From the sequence record SRR16203515_1898: DNA of 32,258 nucleotides. One strand, written 5' to 3'. Made by a program: the position numbers and the translations under genes. Shown here one piece after another: positions 10,455 through 18,103 of this stretch. Each line of letters starts with the position of its first letter. The stretch's first letter is position 1. Below the pieces are notes generated by a model, which did no database searches, had not been told where the DNA came from, and saw only the letters and a program-made list of their open reading frames with translations.

Positions 10455-10828
10455 TGTGGGTCCTTTCTAACGATGGGTACTGTATCAGTTACGGGTGAAG
10501 CCAACCCATAATTGGTGGCACTTTTTAACCTAAAATTTGCAGTTAAGTATGCCTGACAAGATGGATGATGAAAAGTTGTCCACTTTTAGGCAGAGCTAAG
10601 TAAATGATTAACCTTGAGTGTTAGCTTGATGGTTCAGATTTATGTTCTGATCAACAAACGTATGGCTGAGATCGTTACTATACTGTCATACACCGCGATA
10701 AGTGATGGCCTACAGATATCAACTCGACCAAGTATATTGATATGTAGTTTTGTGCGGCTTATGCAAAGCATACAGAACAGCAGCCAGCATTCGCTCAGAC
10801 TGATTGAACATCTAAGTCTAGGGAGTAG

Positions 10829-12175
10829 ATGATGAAACGTGTCAGTATTATTGGCCAAAGTTATGACGACTTCTTATGTGAACAGTTAAAGCGTAGAGAA
10901 ATATTTGCTGAATACTGTGCAGTTGATGAGCTAGAGCGCTTTAATTTTAGTTGTCATCTATTGTTACTCGATCTTCGATGCTTTGAACAAATCGTTTGGG
11001 CTGAATCAGTGATCCGCAAGTTACATAAGCATACCTTGGTATTAGTGTTGATTGACCGGCAGCAGCTAAAGTGCGATTCAGTGCAGCAACTTATCGGTCA
11101 GCACGCGTGGGATTATCATACCGCCCCTTTTGAAATAGACAGACTTGCACGCTTAATGGGCCATGCAATTGGTGTAATTCAGATTCGCCAACAATGCATG
11201 AAAGAAGGCGGAAGTAATACTAATCATTCTGGCCCTGTAAACCCTGTAAACCCTGTAATGCGCTCTGCAGCCATGCAAATGCTAGCAAAAAATATCAATC
11301 GAGCAGCCCCTACCGATATTCCTATTTTAGTTCGTGGTGAAAGTGGCACAGGTAAAGAGCTCATTGCCCGAAAAATTCATACCCAATCCTCTCGGGCTGA
11401 CGGTCCATTTGTGGCTGTTAATTGTGGTTCGCTAATTTCAGGGGTTGTGCAATCAGAACTGTTTGGCCATGAAAAGGGGGCATTTACCGGGGCGGTAGGT
11501 AGTCATAAAGGTAAAATATCACAAGCCGATGGTGGGACACTTTTTTTAGATGAAATTGGTGATCTACCGTTGGAGCAGCAAGTGAATTTACTGCGTTTTT
11601 TACAAGAAGGAACATTTGATACGGTTGGTGGTACGTGTGCGCAGTCATCGGATGTGCGCGTGGTTGCTGCTACCCATATTGATTTGGAGTTGGCGATTGA
11701 AAGAGGTGAATTTCGTTTAGATCTTTTTTACCGTCTTAACGGTATTACAATCGAATTACCTCCATTGAGAGAGCGACAAGAAGACATCATTCCGTTGGCG
11801 AGTTATTTTTGTGAAAAGTATGCTCACGAATACAATGTAGGCAAATGTCAGTTAAGTAAAGATGCTTGCTATGCCCTGTTAAAGCATGAATGGGTAGGTA
11901 ATGTGAGGGAACTTATCAATCGCATTAGAAGAGCGGTATTGTTATGCGAAAATGGATTAATTAAAACTCAAGATCTCGAGCTTAAAGAAGTCATAGTGCA
12001 GCCTTGTTTTGCCCAAGGCCTTAAAACGATAAAAGATGAAGTGGAAAAAAATGCTTTAGTTACCGCAATTCAAAAACATAACGGAAAAATGGACATTGTT
12101 GCTAGTGACTTACAGATCTCCCGTGCCACCTTGTATCGACTTATCGATAAGCATGAGATTTGTGCGGCTGAATAA
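10829..12175 (+). CDS. Sigma54-dependent enhancer-binding protein with VpsR-type N-terminal domain and Fis-type HTH
   Basis: GESGTGKE Walker A, ELFGHEKGAFTGA, LFLDEIG Walker B, FRLDLFYRL, WVGNVREL, ISRATLYRL; N-terminus QL..DSVQQLI....DYHTAP....L...GHAIG resembles the Vibrio VpsR atypical receiver domain; AGGGAG RBS. Confidence 0.9.
   Translation: MMKRVSIIGQSYDDFLCEQLKRREIFAEYCAVDELERFNFSCHLLLLDLRCFEQIVWAESVIRKLHKHTLVLVLIDRQQLKCDSVQQLIGQHAWDYHTAPFEIDRLARLMGHAIGVIQIRQQCMKEGGSNTNHSGPVNPVNPVMRSAAMQMLAKNINRAAPTDIPILVRGESGTGKELIARKIHTQSSRADGPFVAVNCGSLISGVVQSELFGHEKGAFTGAVGSHKGKISQADGGTLFLDEIGDLPLEQQVNLLRFLQEGTFDTVGGTCAQSSDVRVVAATHIDLELAIERGEFRLDLFYRLNGITIELPPLRERQEDIIPLASYFCEKYAHEYNVGKCQLSKDACYALLKHEWVGNVRELINRIRRAVLLCENGLIKTQDLELKEVIVQPCFAQGLKTIKDEVEKNALVTAIQKHNGKMDIVASDLQISRATLYRLIDKHEICAAE
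11233..11259 (+). repeat. In-frame 9-bp tandem repeat, about 3 copies (CCCTGTAAA), encoding PVN-PVN-PVM
   Basis: ccctgtaaa ccctgtaaa ccctgtaat, in the linker before the AAA+ domain. Confidence 0.85.
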
Positions 12176-12180
12176 ATAAT

Positions 12181-12196
12181 TTCTCAGTTTTGAGAA
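12181..12196. promoter_or_regulatory. Palindromic enhancer site 1 (VpsR-type box TCTCA-N4-TGAGA)
   Basis: TTCTCA-GTTT-TGAGAA, about 120 bp upstream of the sigma54 -24 element. Confidence 0.7.
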
Positions 12197-12240
12197 TGCA
12201 GTAATTAATTATGAGTCTAATTAATTCAATGGGTTAACTT

Positions 12241-12273
12241 AAGACAGTCTCAGAAATGAGATTGTCTTTTTTT
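12241..12273. promoter_or_regulatory. Palindromic enhancer site 2 (TCTCA-GAAA-TGAGA), which also forms a terminator-like hairpin
   Basis: AAGACAGTCTCA-GAAA-TGAGATTGTCTT followed by a T run. Confidence 0.7.
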
Positions 12274-12313
12274 ATGTAAAAATTAAGTCCATGAATTACT
12301 TTGTTTTTATTGT

Positions 12314-12331
12314 TTGGCGTGCTGTTTGCTA
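12314..12331 (+). promoter_or_regulatory. Sigma54 (-24/-12) promoter of the fap operon
   Basis: TTGGCGT-GCTGT-TTGCTA: GG(12316-17)-N10-GC(12328-29), about 40 bp before the fapB ATG and directly downstream of a sigma54 activator gene. Confidence 0.8.
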
Positions 12332-12369
12332 CTTGTTTGACACGGTTTTGATGATAGTTAGAGTGTTGA

Positions 12370-12975
12370 ATGAAGTTAAGCAATGTTCCAATGTACTTAT
12401 GCCTATCCCTAGTAGGTTTTTCATCTGCTGTTTGGTCGGACAGTGATGCAAGTACGCTTACTCAACACATTGATAATCGCTCTACCGTAGGTACGAAGTC
12501 TTTTAGCAACAACACTGGACGTATCGCAATCAATCAGGCAGCTGGTGATAGCAACCTGCAATCAAATAGCCATGCTATTGCTGATCAAGTCATTATCTTA
12601 TCGGATCAACAAAATCCTTACCTAAAACTGTTAGATGAACATACGGCATATAACCTTACTCATATTGAAGAACTTGCATTTGAAAATGCACAAGGGCTTG
12701 TCAGTATTAATCAGGTTAGTGGTCAAGGAAATATTCAAGCCAATCTTGGAGCTATCGCTCTGCAGTCTGTGATTGGTTTAGGTCTTGATGATAACGCACT
12801 TGATAATATTGTAAGCCCTACCACCTTACCTCTCGAACGTAACGATACAAACCATGCAGTTATTGCTCCGGACAGTTTTGAAAATGCCCAAGGCATAGTT
12901 CAAATCAATCAAGTTTCTGGCGATGGTAACAGCGCCATAAATCAGTTCTCGCTGCAGTTACCTAGTGGGAATTAA
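12370..12975 (+). CDS. fapB: Fap amyloid minor subunit/nucleator (FapB-like)
   Basis: Signal peptide; three Fap repeats (SFSNNTGRIAINQAAGDSNLQSN; AFENAQGLVSINQVSGQGNIQAN; SFENAQGIVQINQVSGDGNSAIN); position in the operon. Confidence 0.85.
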   Translation: MKLSNVPMYLCLSLVGFSSAVWSDSDASTLTQHIDNRSTVGTKSFSNNTGRIAINQAAGDSNLQSNSHAIADQVIILSDQQNPYLKLLDEHTAYNLTHIEELAFENAQGLVSINQVSGQGNIQANLGAIALQSVIGLGLDDNALDNIVSPTTLPLERNDTNHAVIAPDSFENAQGIVQINQVSGDGNSAINQFSLQLPSGN

Positions 12976-12992
12976 ATTGCTCAAATGGAGAT

Positions 12993-14093
12993 ATGAAAAT
13001 GGAAATGAAAAAATTAACCCTAGTCATGTGTATCGGTGCGGCGGTTAGTGCGCCAGCATTTGCTAACGGAAATGACTCTTCTGAGTCTAGTTCTGAGTCG
13101 AACAGCTCTGTTGAATTGAAGAAAGAAGTAACCGTTAAAAAAGATGTGGAATTTTCAGGTAAAGTCAAAATAGACGGTGATATTCGAGTCAATGGATTAG
13201 GTATGGCAGTTGTCGATAATGTGCAGACTACTGGAGCCAATGGTGTTGGCAATTCATACGTAGAAAACTCAGCAAGCATCTCAGGCTCAGCATTTAATAA
13301 TGCCAGCGGTAACATTGGCGTTAACCAAGCTGCTGGTGACTATAATGTGCAAGGTAATTCTGCTGCATTAGCGTCAATAGACCAAAGTTTTGCTTTTGGT
13401 TCTGGTGATGCCGAGATCTTCAGTACTCAACGTGGTTCATTTAATTTAACCAATAACTATGCAACAACCAATGATGCCAGCATTAAAGGTGATGCCTTTA
13501 AAGGTGCCTCAGGTAACATTGGGGTAAACATTGCTGCTGGTGGCAATAATATTCAAGCTAATAACATGGCTGCATCTGCACACAATGGTAGTTTAGGTGA
13601 AGCTAGTGTATCTAACTCGCAAGTCTCGGCCCATAACGGGATTAATAACGAAAGTGTTGTTCAAAACTCAGCAGAATCAGTAGAAGTTACTTTAGGTTTT
13701 GGTGCCATAGGCGGTTATAGCGGTACGTCTGAACAGACTGGTAGTTACTACCCTGAGATTTGGAAAGATGACGGTTCCCACGCTAATGGCGATGATGCTG
13801 AACTTTGGGGACATCTAGATATGGACGCTAATAATCCAACCGGAGATTCAGGTTTAACTTTTGAAGAGGAAGGTGTTATCGGTTTACTTGGTGTTGTGAG
13901 TGGTGAGCTACCTTTCTATATTGAGACAGTAACTCAAAAAACCACCAATACAGCATCTCTGAGCGGAAATGCTTTCCAAAATGCCTCAGGTAACATTGGC
14001 GTTAATATGGCGTCTGGTAATGGTAATTTACAGTCAAATAACCTATCACTTACTAGTATGACCGGAGGAGCCATTGTTTCAGAAGCTCCTTAA
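12993..14093 (+). CDS. fapC: Fap amyloid major subunit (FapC-like)
   Basis: Signal peptide; three repeats NxAS(I/L)xGxAFxxASGNIGVNxAxGxxNxQxN starting at 13266, 13470 and 13947; N/G/S/A-rich; GGAG RBS. Confidence 0.88.
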   Translation: MKMEMKKLTLVMCIGAAVSAPAFANGNDSSESSSESNSSVELKKEVTVKKDVEFSGKVKIDGDIRVNGLGMAVVDNVQTTGANGVGNSYVENSASISGSAFNNASGNIGVNQAAGDYNVQGNSAALASIDQSFAFGSGDAEIFSTQRGSFNLTNNYATTNDASIKGDAFKGASGNIGVNIAAGGNNIQANNMAASAHNGSLGEASVSNSQVSAHNGINNESVVQNSAESVEVTLGFGAIGGYSGTSEQTGSYYPEIWKDDGSHANGDDAELWGHLDMDANNPTGDSGLTFEEEGVIGLLGVVSGELPFYIETVTQKTTNTASLSGNAFQNASGNIGVNMASGNGNLQSNNLSLTSMTGGAIVSEAP

Positions 14094-14117
14094 TCAACAC
14101 TAACCATTAGTGTGATA

Positions 14118-14144
14118 ATCGGCCTGGGCATTGCTCAGGCCGAT
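14118..14144 (+). other. Intergenic stem-loop after fapC (putative mRNA stabiliser or partial attenuator)
   Basis: ATCGGCCTGGGC-att-GCTCAGGCCGAT, 12-bp stem with one G-U pair, no U tract. Confidence 0.65.
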
Positions 14145-14163
14145 ACATACAAGGAAGTCATCT

Positions 14164-14847
14164 ATGAAACGCTCGTTTGTTATCTTAATTACCTTTTTAT
14201 CTTTTAATGCGTTTGCTGCAGACATCATCTTGACAGGCATGATCCCTGGAATGGGTAACTACAGCAAAAATATTCAAAGTATCAGAGAGCAAAAGTTTGA
14301 ATATGTTGTGCAGCAAAGAACAGACTTTTCCTGTGGTGCAGCTAGTTTGGCAAGCATTCTTAAATATGGCTACGGCAACCAAACAATAACCGAACAAGAA
14401 GTGTTATTGGGAATGCTAAAAGTATCTGACATTGAACTTGTTCAACAGCAAGGCTTCTCCTTATTAGATATGAAGCGATATTTAAACTCACAGAATATGC
14501 GTGGGCGCGGCTACCGTGTAGGTATTGCAGAGCTCCAGCAGTTAAAAATTCCTGCGATAGTGCTATTAAATGATGGTGGTTATAGCCACTTTGTCGTGAT
14601 GAGAAGGTTCACCGGGAATCAAGTTTATTTAGGCGATCCCGCGTTAGGGAATCGTATCTTAACTTTTGACGAGTTTACCGATAAATGGAATGGCATCGTA
14701 TTTGTGGTGATAGGTAATCAATACATTAAAGATAACCCTCTATTACACCCTCGGCCGCAGTTGACTTACAAGATATTGGATCCCTTGCAGCCATTATCCG
14801 ATGCTGAATTATTAGAGTTTGGTTTCGAGTATGCAGACATGCTCTAG
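14164..14847 (+). CDS. fapD: C39 family cysteine peptidase (FapD-like)
   Basis: QRTDFSCGAA (catalytic Cys), YSHFVV (His), GDPALGN (Asp). ATG 14164 chosen over TTG 14131 because it has an AAGGAAG RBS and yields a clean signal peptide. Confidence 0.9.
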   Translation: MKRSFVILITFLSFNAFAADIILTGMIPGMGNYSKNIQSIREQKFEYVVQQRTDFSCGAASLASILKYGYGNQTITEQEVLLGMLKVSDIELVQQQGFSLLDMKRYLNSQNMRGRGYRVGIAELQQLKIPAIVLLNDGGYSHFVVMRRFTGNQVYLGDPALGNRILTFDEFTDKWNGIVFVVIGNQYIKDNPLLHPRPQLTYKILDPLQPLSDAELLEFGFEYADML

Positions 14848-14855
14848 GAGGCAAA

Positions 14856-15584
14856 ATGAAATTTTGCTTTATGACAGGATTAGTTACAGGTGCAGGGATA
14901 TTACTGGCTAACACAGTATTTGCATCTGAAGTTCCGTTAGAGGCTTTTGCTGGAAAGTCGCCTTTACTGGATCAAGAGCTCGCTGAAATGCGTGGTAAAT
15001 ACACCGAGAATGGCCAAGATTTTTATTTTGGTCTTCACATGCAAACCCACTATATCAATGAGCAGGGGCTGTCGCAGCAAGTTCATATGCAAGTGGAGCT
15101 TGCGAATGCGGAAAGTGGCCCAGCTATGCGCATTACCATTGCCGATAATGTATTAAATGCTAACGATAGCGTTAACTTATCTGCTAACGGTCAGCAGCGG
15201 GGACTGCAACAATCGATTCAAATCGCGGGGGATTTTAATCAAGTAAATAATCAGTTTGATTTAGAGCAAGGTCACTTAGCGCCATTAAATAATGGAGTTG
15301 AAATCGTTATCGGTCAGACTTTAGTTAACAGTCGCGGTGACGTGGTTTATTCAACCGCCAGTGGTCAGCTTGGCTATGAGGTTGGTATGTCTTCAGCTTC
15401 TTTTGCGCAAGGGGTTGCATCACAAGGTGGTAATGGTCAATTGGTGCAATCGATTAAAATTGATGGTGCATTTCATCAAGTCTCGAATCACTCTTTGATC
15501 CGTTATAACGGTATTAGTTTAGGTGTAAAACAGCGTCAATTATTAGGGATGCAGGTACGCGATATTATAGGTATTGGACTATAG
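14856..15584 (+). CDS. fapE: Fap minor subunit (FapE-like)
   Basis: AGGAGG RBS, signal peptide, ELAEMRGKY, GLQQSIQIAGDFNQVNN and QLVQSIKIDGAFHQVSN repeats; lies between fapD and fapF. Confidence 0.78.
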   Translation: MKFCFMTGLVTGAGILLANTVFASEVPLEAFAGKSPLLDQELAEMRGKYTENGQDFYFGLHMQTHYINEQGLSQQVHMQVELANAESGPAMRITIADNVLNANDSVNLSANGQQRGLQQSIQIAGDFNQVNNQFDLEQGHLAPLNNGVEIVIGQTLVNSRGDVVYSTASGQLGYEVGMSSASFAQGVASQGGNGQLVQSIKIDGAFHQVSNHSLIRYNGISLGVKQRQLLGMQVRDIIGIGL

Positions 15585-15616
15585 TTTTTTTAAAGTATAA
15601 AAATAGGGAACAAGAA

Positions 15617-16984
15617 ATGGATTTTAAATGGACTAAAGTGGCGCTACTGGTATCCATTTCGAGTATGCCAATGATGACTTTTTCTGTTGATGCAAACCAA
15701 GCTCAGATGACTGAAGCCGAAGAGCTACAACTATTAAAAAAACAGCTTATTTTGCTCAACCAGCAATTACAGATGCAGCAAAGAGCCATTAATCAAATGG
15801 CTCAAAAAGTCCTGTCTAAAGAGGCGCAGCTGAAGCAAGCTCAAACAGCTAACACCACTCAAACTAAAGCCGCTCAAGCTCCCCAAGTTACTGCGCAGCA
15901 AGCGCGGGTATCAACATCTTCTCAAGCGCAGCCTCAAAATCAACAGGCGGCAATCGAAAGAGCGCCACAACAACCAACCCAAATTGCTAATTCACAAGCA
16001 CAAAGTCCAACTCAGGCTGCTGTGAAAAAAGAACCTGAACGCTCGCGTAGTACTGAAGATGTGCTGCAAGAAGCGCACAATGTATTTGATCGTAAACTGA
16101 CGATTGAGCCCTCTTTAACCTACAGCTACTACGGGCGAAAGGATTTAGTATTACGTGGTTTTTTAGCCTTGGATGCGATTTTCCTCGGTAACTTAAATTT
16201 GGATCGCATTCGCTCAAATACAGTGCAGCTGGATCTCACTACTCGCTATACGTTAAACGATAGCTGGCAGTTTGAAATGGCGATGCCATTTGTGTACCGC
16301 CTAAACAAGTATGAGTCAGTAGGTGAAGGTAACTCGAGCCAGCTTTATGAATCAGCTGATGTAGAAGGTGCGCAAATTGGTGACATGAGCGTTGCCGCCT
16401 ACTATCGAATAATGACAGAAGGTGATGGGTGGCCAGATTGGGTGTGGAACGTAAGAGTGCGAATGCCAACCGGAGATGATCCATTTGGTATTAACCTTGA
16501 GTCGTCTGAATCCGGTAATTTGACCTATCCCGATCAAATCGCTACAGGTGCCGGTGTGTGGGGCATTTCAACCGGGTTTAGTTTAGCTAAAACCTATGAC
16601 CCCGCCATTGTGTTTTTTAACCTTAATTACGGTACTTTTCTTTCGGAAGAGTATGGTGATTTATCAGGCCTTCCAGGATTATCTCCAGGAGAGATTGATT
16701 TAGGTGACTATATTGATTACAGCTTAGGGTTAGCGTTTGCTGTGTCAGAGCGCATGAGTATAGGGATGAGCTTTAATCAGCGCTTCTTTACTAAAACCCG
16801 CCAAAAGCCCTTGGGTGGTCAGTGGCAAGATATTGCACGTACTGATACCAATACGGCTAATCTAGGTTTAGGTGCCACGCTAGCCTTGACTGAAAACTTT
16901 TCTATGGTCACCAGTATTGGTGCTGGTTTAACGGAAGATTCACCCGACTATCAGATTAGCTTGCGTTTCCCTTACCGTTTTTAA
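15617..16984 (+). CDS. fapF: Outer-membrane amyloid secretion channel (FapF-like)
   Basis: Signal peptide, N-terminal coiled coil, Q/A/P-rich linker, GFLALDAIFLGN, PTGDDPFGI, amphipathic beta strands, C-terminal ...LRFPYRF. Confidence 0.88.
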   Translation: MDFKWTKVALLVSISSMPMMTFSVDANQAQMTEAEELQLLKKQLILLNQQLQMQQRAINQMAQKVLSKEAQLKQAQTANTTQTKAAQAPQVTAQQARVSTSSQAQPQNQQAAIERAPQQPTQIANSQAQSPTQAAVKKEPERSRSTEDVLQEAHNVFDRKLTIEPSLTYSYYGRKDLVLRGFLALDAIFLGNLNLDRIRSNTVQLDLTTRYTLNDSWQFEMAMPFVYRLNKYESVGEGNSSQLYESADVEGAQIGDMSVAAYYRIMTEGDGWPDWVWNVRVRMPTGDDPFGINLESSESGNLTYPDQIATGAGVWGISTGFSLAKTYDPAIVFFNLNYGTFLSEEYGDLSGLPGLSPGEIDLGDYIDYSLGLAFAVSERMSIGMSFNQRFFTKTRQKPLGGQWQDIARTDTNTANLGLGATLALTENFSMVTSIGAGLTEDSPDYQISLRFPYRF

Positions 16985-17019
16985 TGGCTTAAGTAAGCAT
17001 TGGTTTGCACGGATAAATT

Positions 17020-17043
17020 AAGCGCCTTGATAGGCGCTTTTTT
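17020..17043 (+). terminator. Intrinsic terminator of the fap operon, between converging fapF and lysR
   Basis: AAGCGCCT-tgat-AGGCGCTT followed by TTTT. Confidence 0.85.
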
Positions 17044-17069
17044 ATGTCAGCATGTTTACATCTGCTGAT

Positions 17070-17981
17070 TTACATCATTAGTGACTGTAACGACTCTTGG
17101 CTAGTAAAGCGCTTATGAAAGAAGTCTAGAAACACGCTGATGTTAGTCGCTAATTGACGACGGCTAGAGTACACGCCATAAACCTTAAAGGCTTCCATAG
17201 GCCACTCTTGTAAAATAGGCACTAGCGAGCCGCTAGCTAGCTCATTTTTACAAACGGAGTTGGATAGCATGGCAATGCCAAAATCATCCATAACTAATTG
17301 TTTTACCATTACAGCGCTATTGACCCTGACTTTACGCTGAAAATTAACCATGGTTTTTCTAGCGCCTTTACCAAGTGGCCAAATCGGCGCGGAGCGTGAA
17401 GTACCAAGTAAAATACCGCTGTGTTCAGCCAAGTCTTGCGGGGTTGCTGGTGTGCCATGGATTTTTAAATAGCCGGGGCTGGCAACTAAAATAGGTTGGC
17501 GCTCGAACAGTAATCTCGCTACCAAGTCTGATGATTGCAGCGGACCATATTTAATTGCAATATCGTAGCCTTCACCCACTAAGCCAACTTCACTATCGGT
17601 AAACTGCACGTCAAGTTCAACATTGGGGTAGAGGCGTAAGAAACCACTACAGAGAGTCGCGATTAGTTCTTGGCTGAAAGATACTGGAATAGCGATACGC
17701 AGCAAGCCTGAGACATCATTGTGAGTATTTTCAACCGTGGCTTTTGCAGCTTCAATTTCATCGCTTATACTGGAGCAGTGCTGATAAAACAGCGCACCGA
17801 CCTGAGTCAAACTCAAATTGCGCGTATCTCGCTGCAAAAGTCGTACACCTAGCTGCTCTTCAAGCTGGGCAACCTTACGACTAATGGTTGATTTTGGCAT
17901 GCCTATTTCACGGGCAGCTTGAGAGAAACCTTTGGCTCTAACTACCGCCGCAAAGAGCATCATACCGTTTAAATCTGGCAT
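17070..17981 (-). CDS. LysR family transcriptional regulator (CrgA/DmlR-like), divergent from the carboxylase gene
   Basis: HTH GFSQAAREIGMPKSTISRKVAQLEEQLGVRLLQR; GGAG RBS. Confidence 0.92.
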   Translation of the reverse strand: MPDLNGMMLFAAVVRAKGFSQAAREIGMPKSTISRKVAQLEEQLGVRLLQRDTRNLSLTQVGALFYQHCSSISDEIEAAKATVENTHNDVSGLLRIAIPVSFSQELIATLCSGFLRLYPNVELDVQFTDSEVGLVGEGYDIAIKYGPLQSSDLVARLLFERQPILVASPGYLKIHGTPATPQDLAEHSGILLGTSRSAPIWPLGKGARKTMVNFQRKVRVNSAVMVKQLVMDDFGIAMLSNSVCKNELASGSLVPILQEWPMEAFKVYGVYSSRRQLATNISVFLDFFHKRFTSQESLQSLMM

Positions 17982-18103
17982 GTTATCTCCACTGTCTCAA
18001 ATATGGAACAAAGCGTCTAGCGCAGTTTAATAGCAATTGACGGGATAACAAAGTTATATTTACCAGCTAAAAATTTCAGAGGCTAAAAGCAGAGGATCTT
18101 TAG

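Noticed and set aside
10614-10858. Two overlapping 72-aa ORFs on opposite strands, or a blaOXA remnant
   Set aside because: No RBS or family motifs and no recognisable class D motifs (STFK, KTG); more likely the regulator's promoter region.
12370-14093. Curli (csg) subunits
   Set aside because: Repeats are the longer Fap type separated by linkers, and no CsgG/E/F-like genes are present.
14131-14163. Track start of fapD at TTG 14131
   Set aside because: It lies inside the intergenic hairpin with no RBS; ATG 14164 has an RBS and gives a proper signal peptide.
14164-14847. C39 peptidase as part of a bacteriocin/RiPP exporter
   Set aside because: Stand-alone with a signal peptide, no ABC transporter or precursor peptide nearby, and the context is clearly Fap.
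18037-18060. Sigma70 promoter TTGACG...TATATT for the carboxylase gene
   Set aside because: The spacer is only about 12 bp, too short for sigma70.
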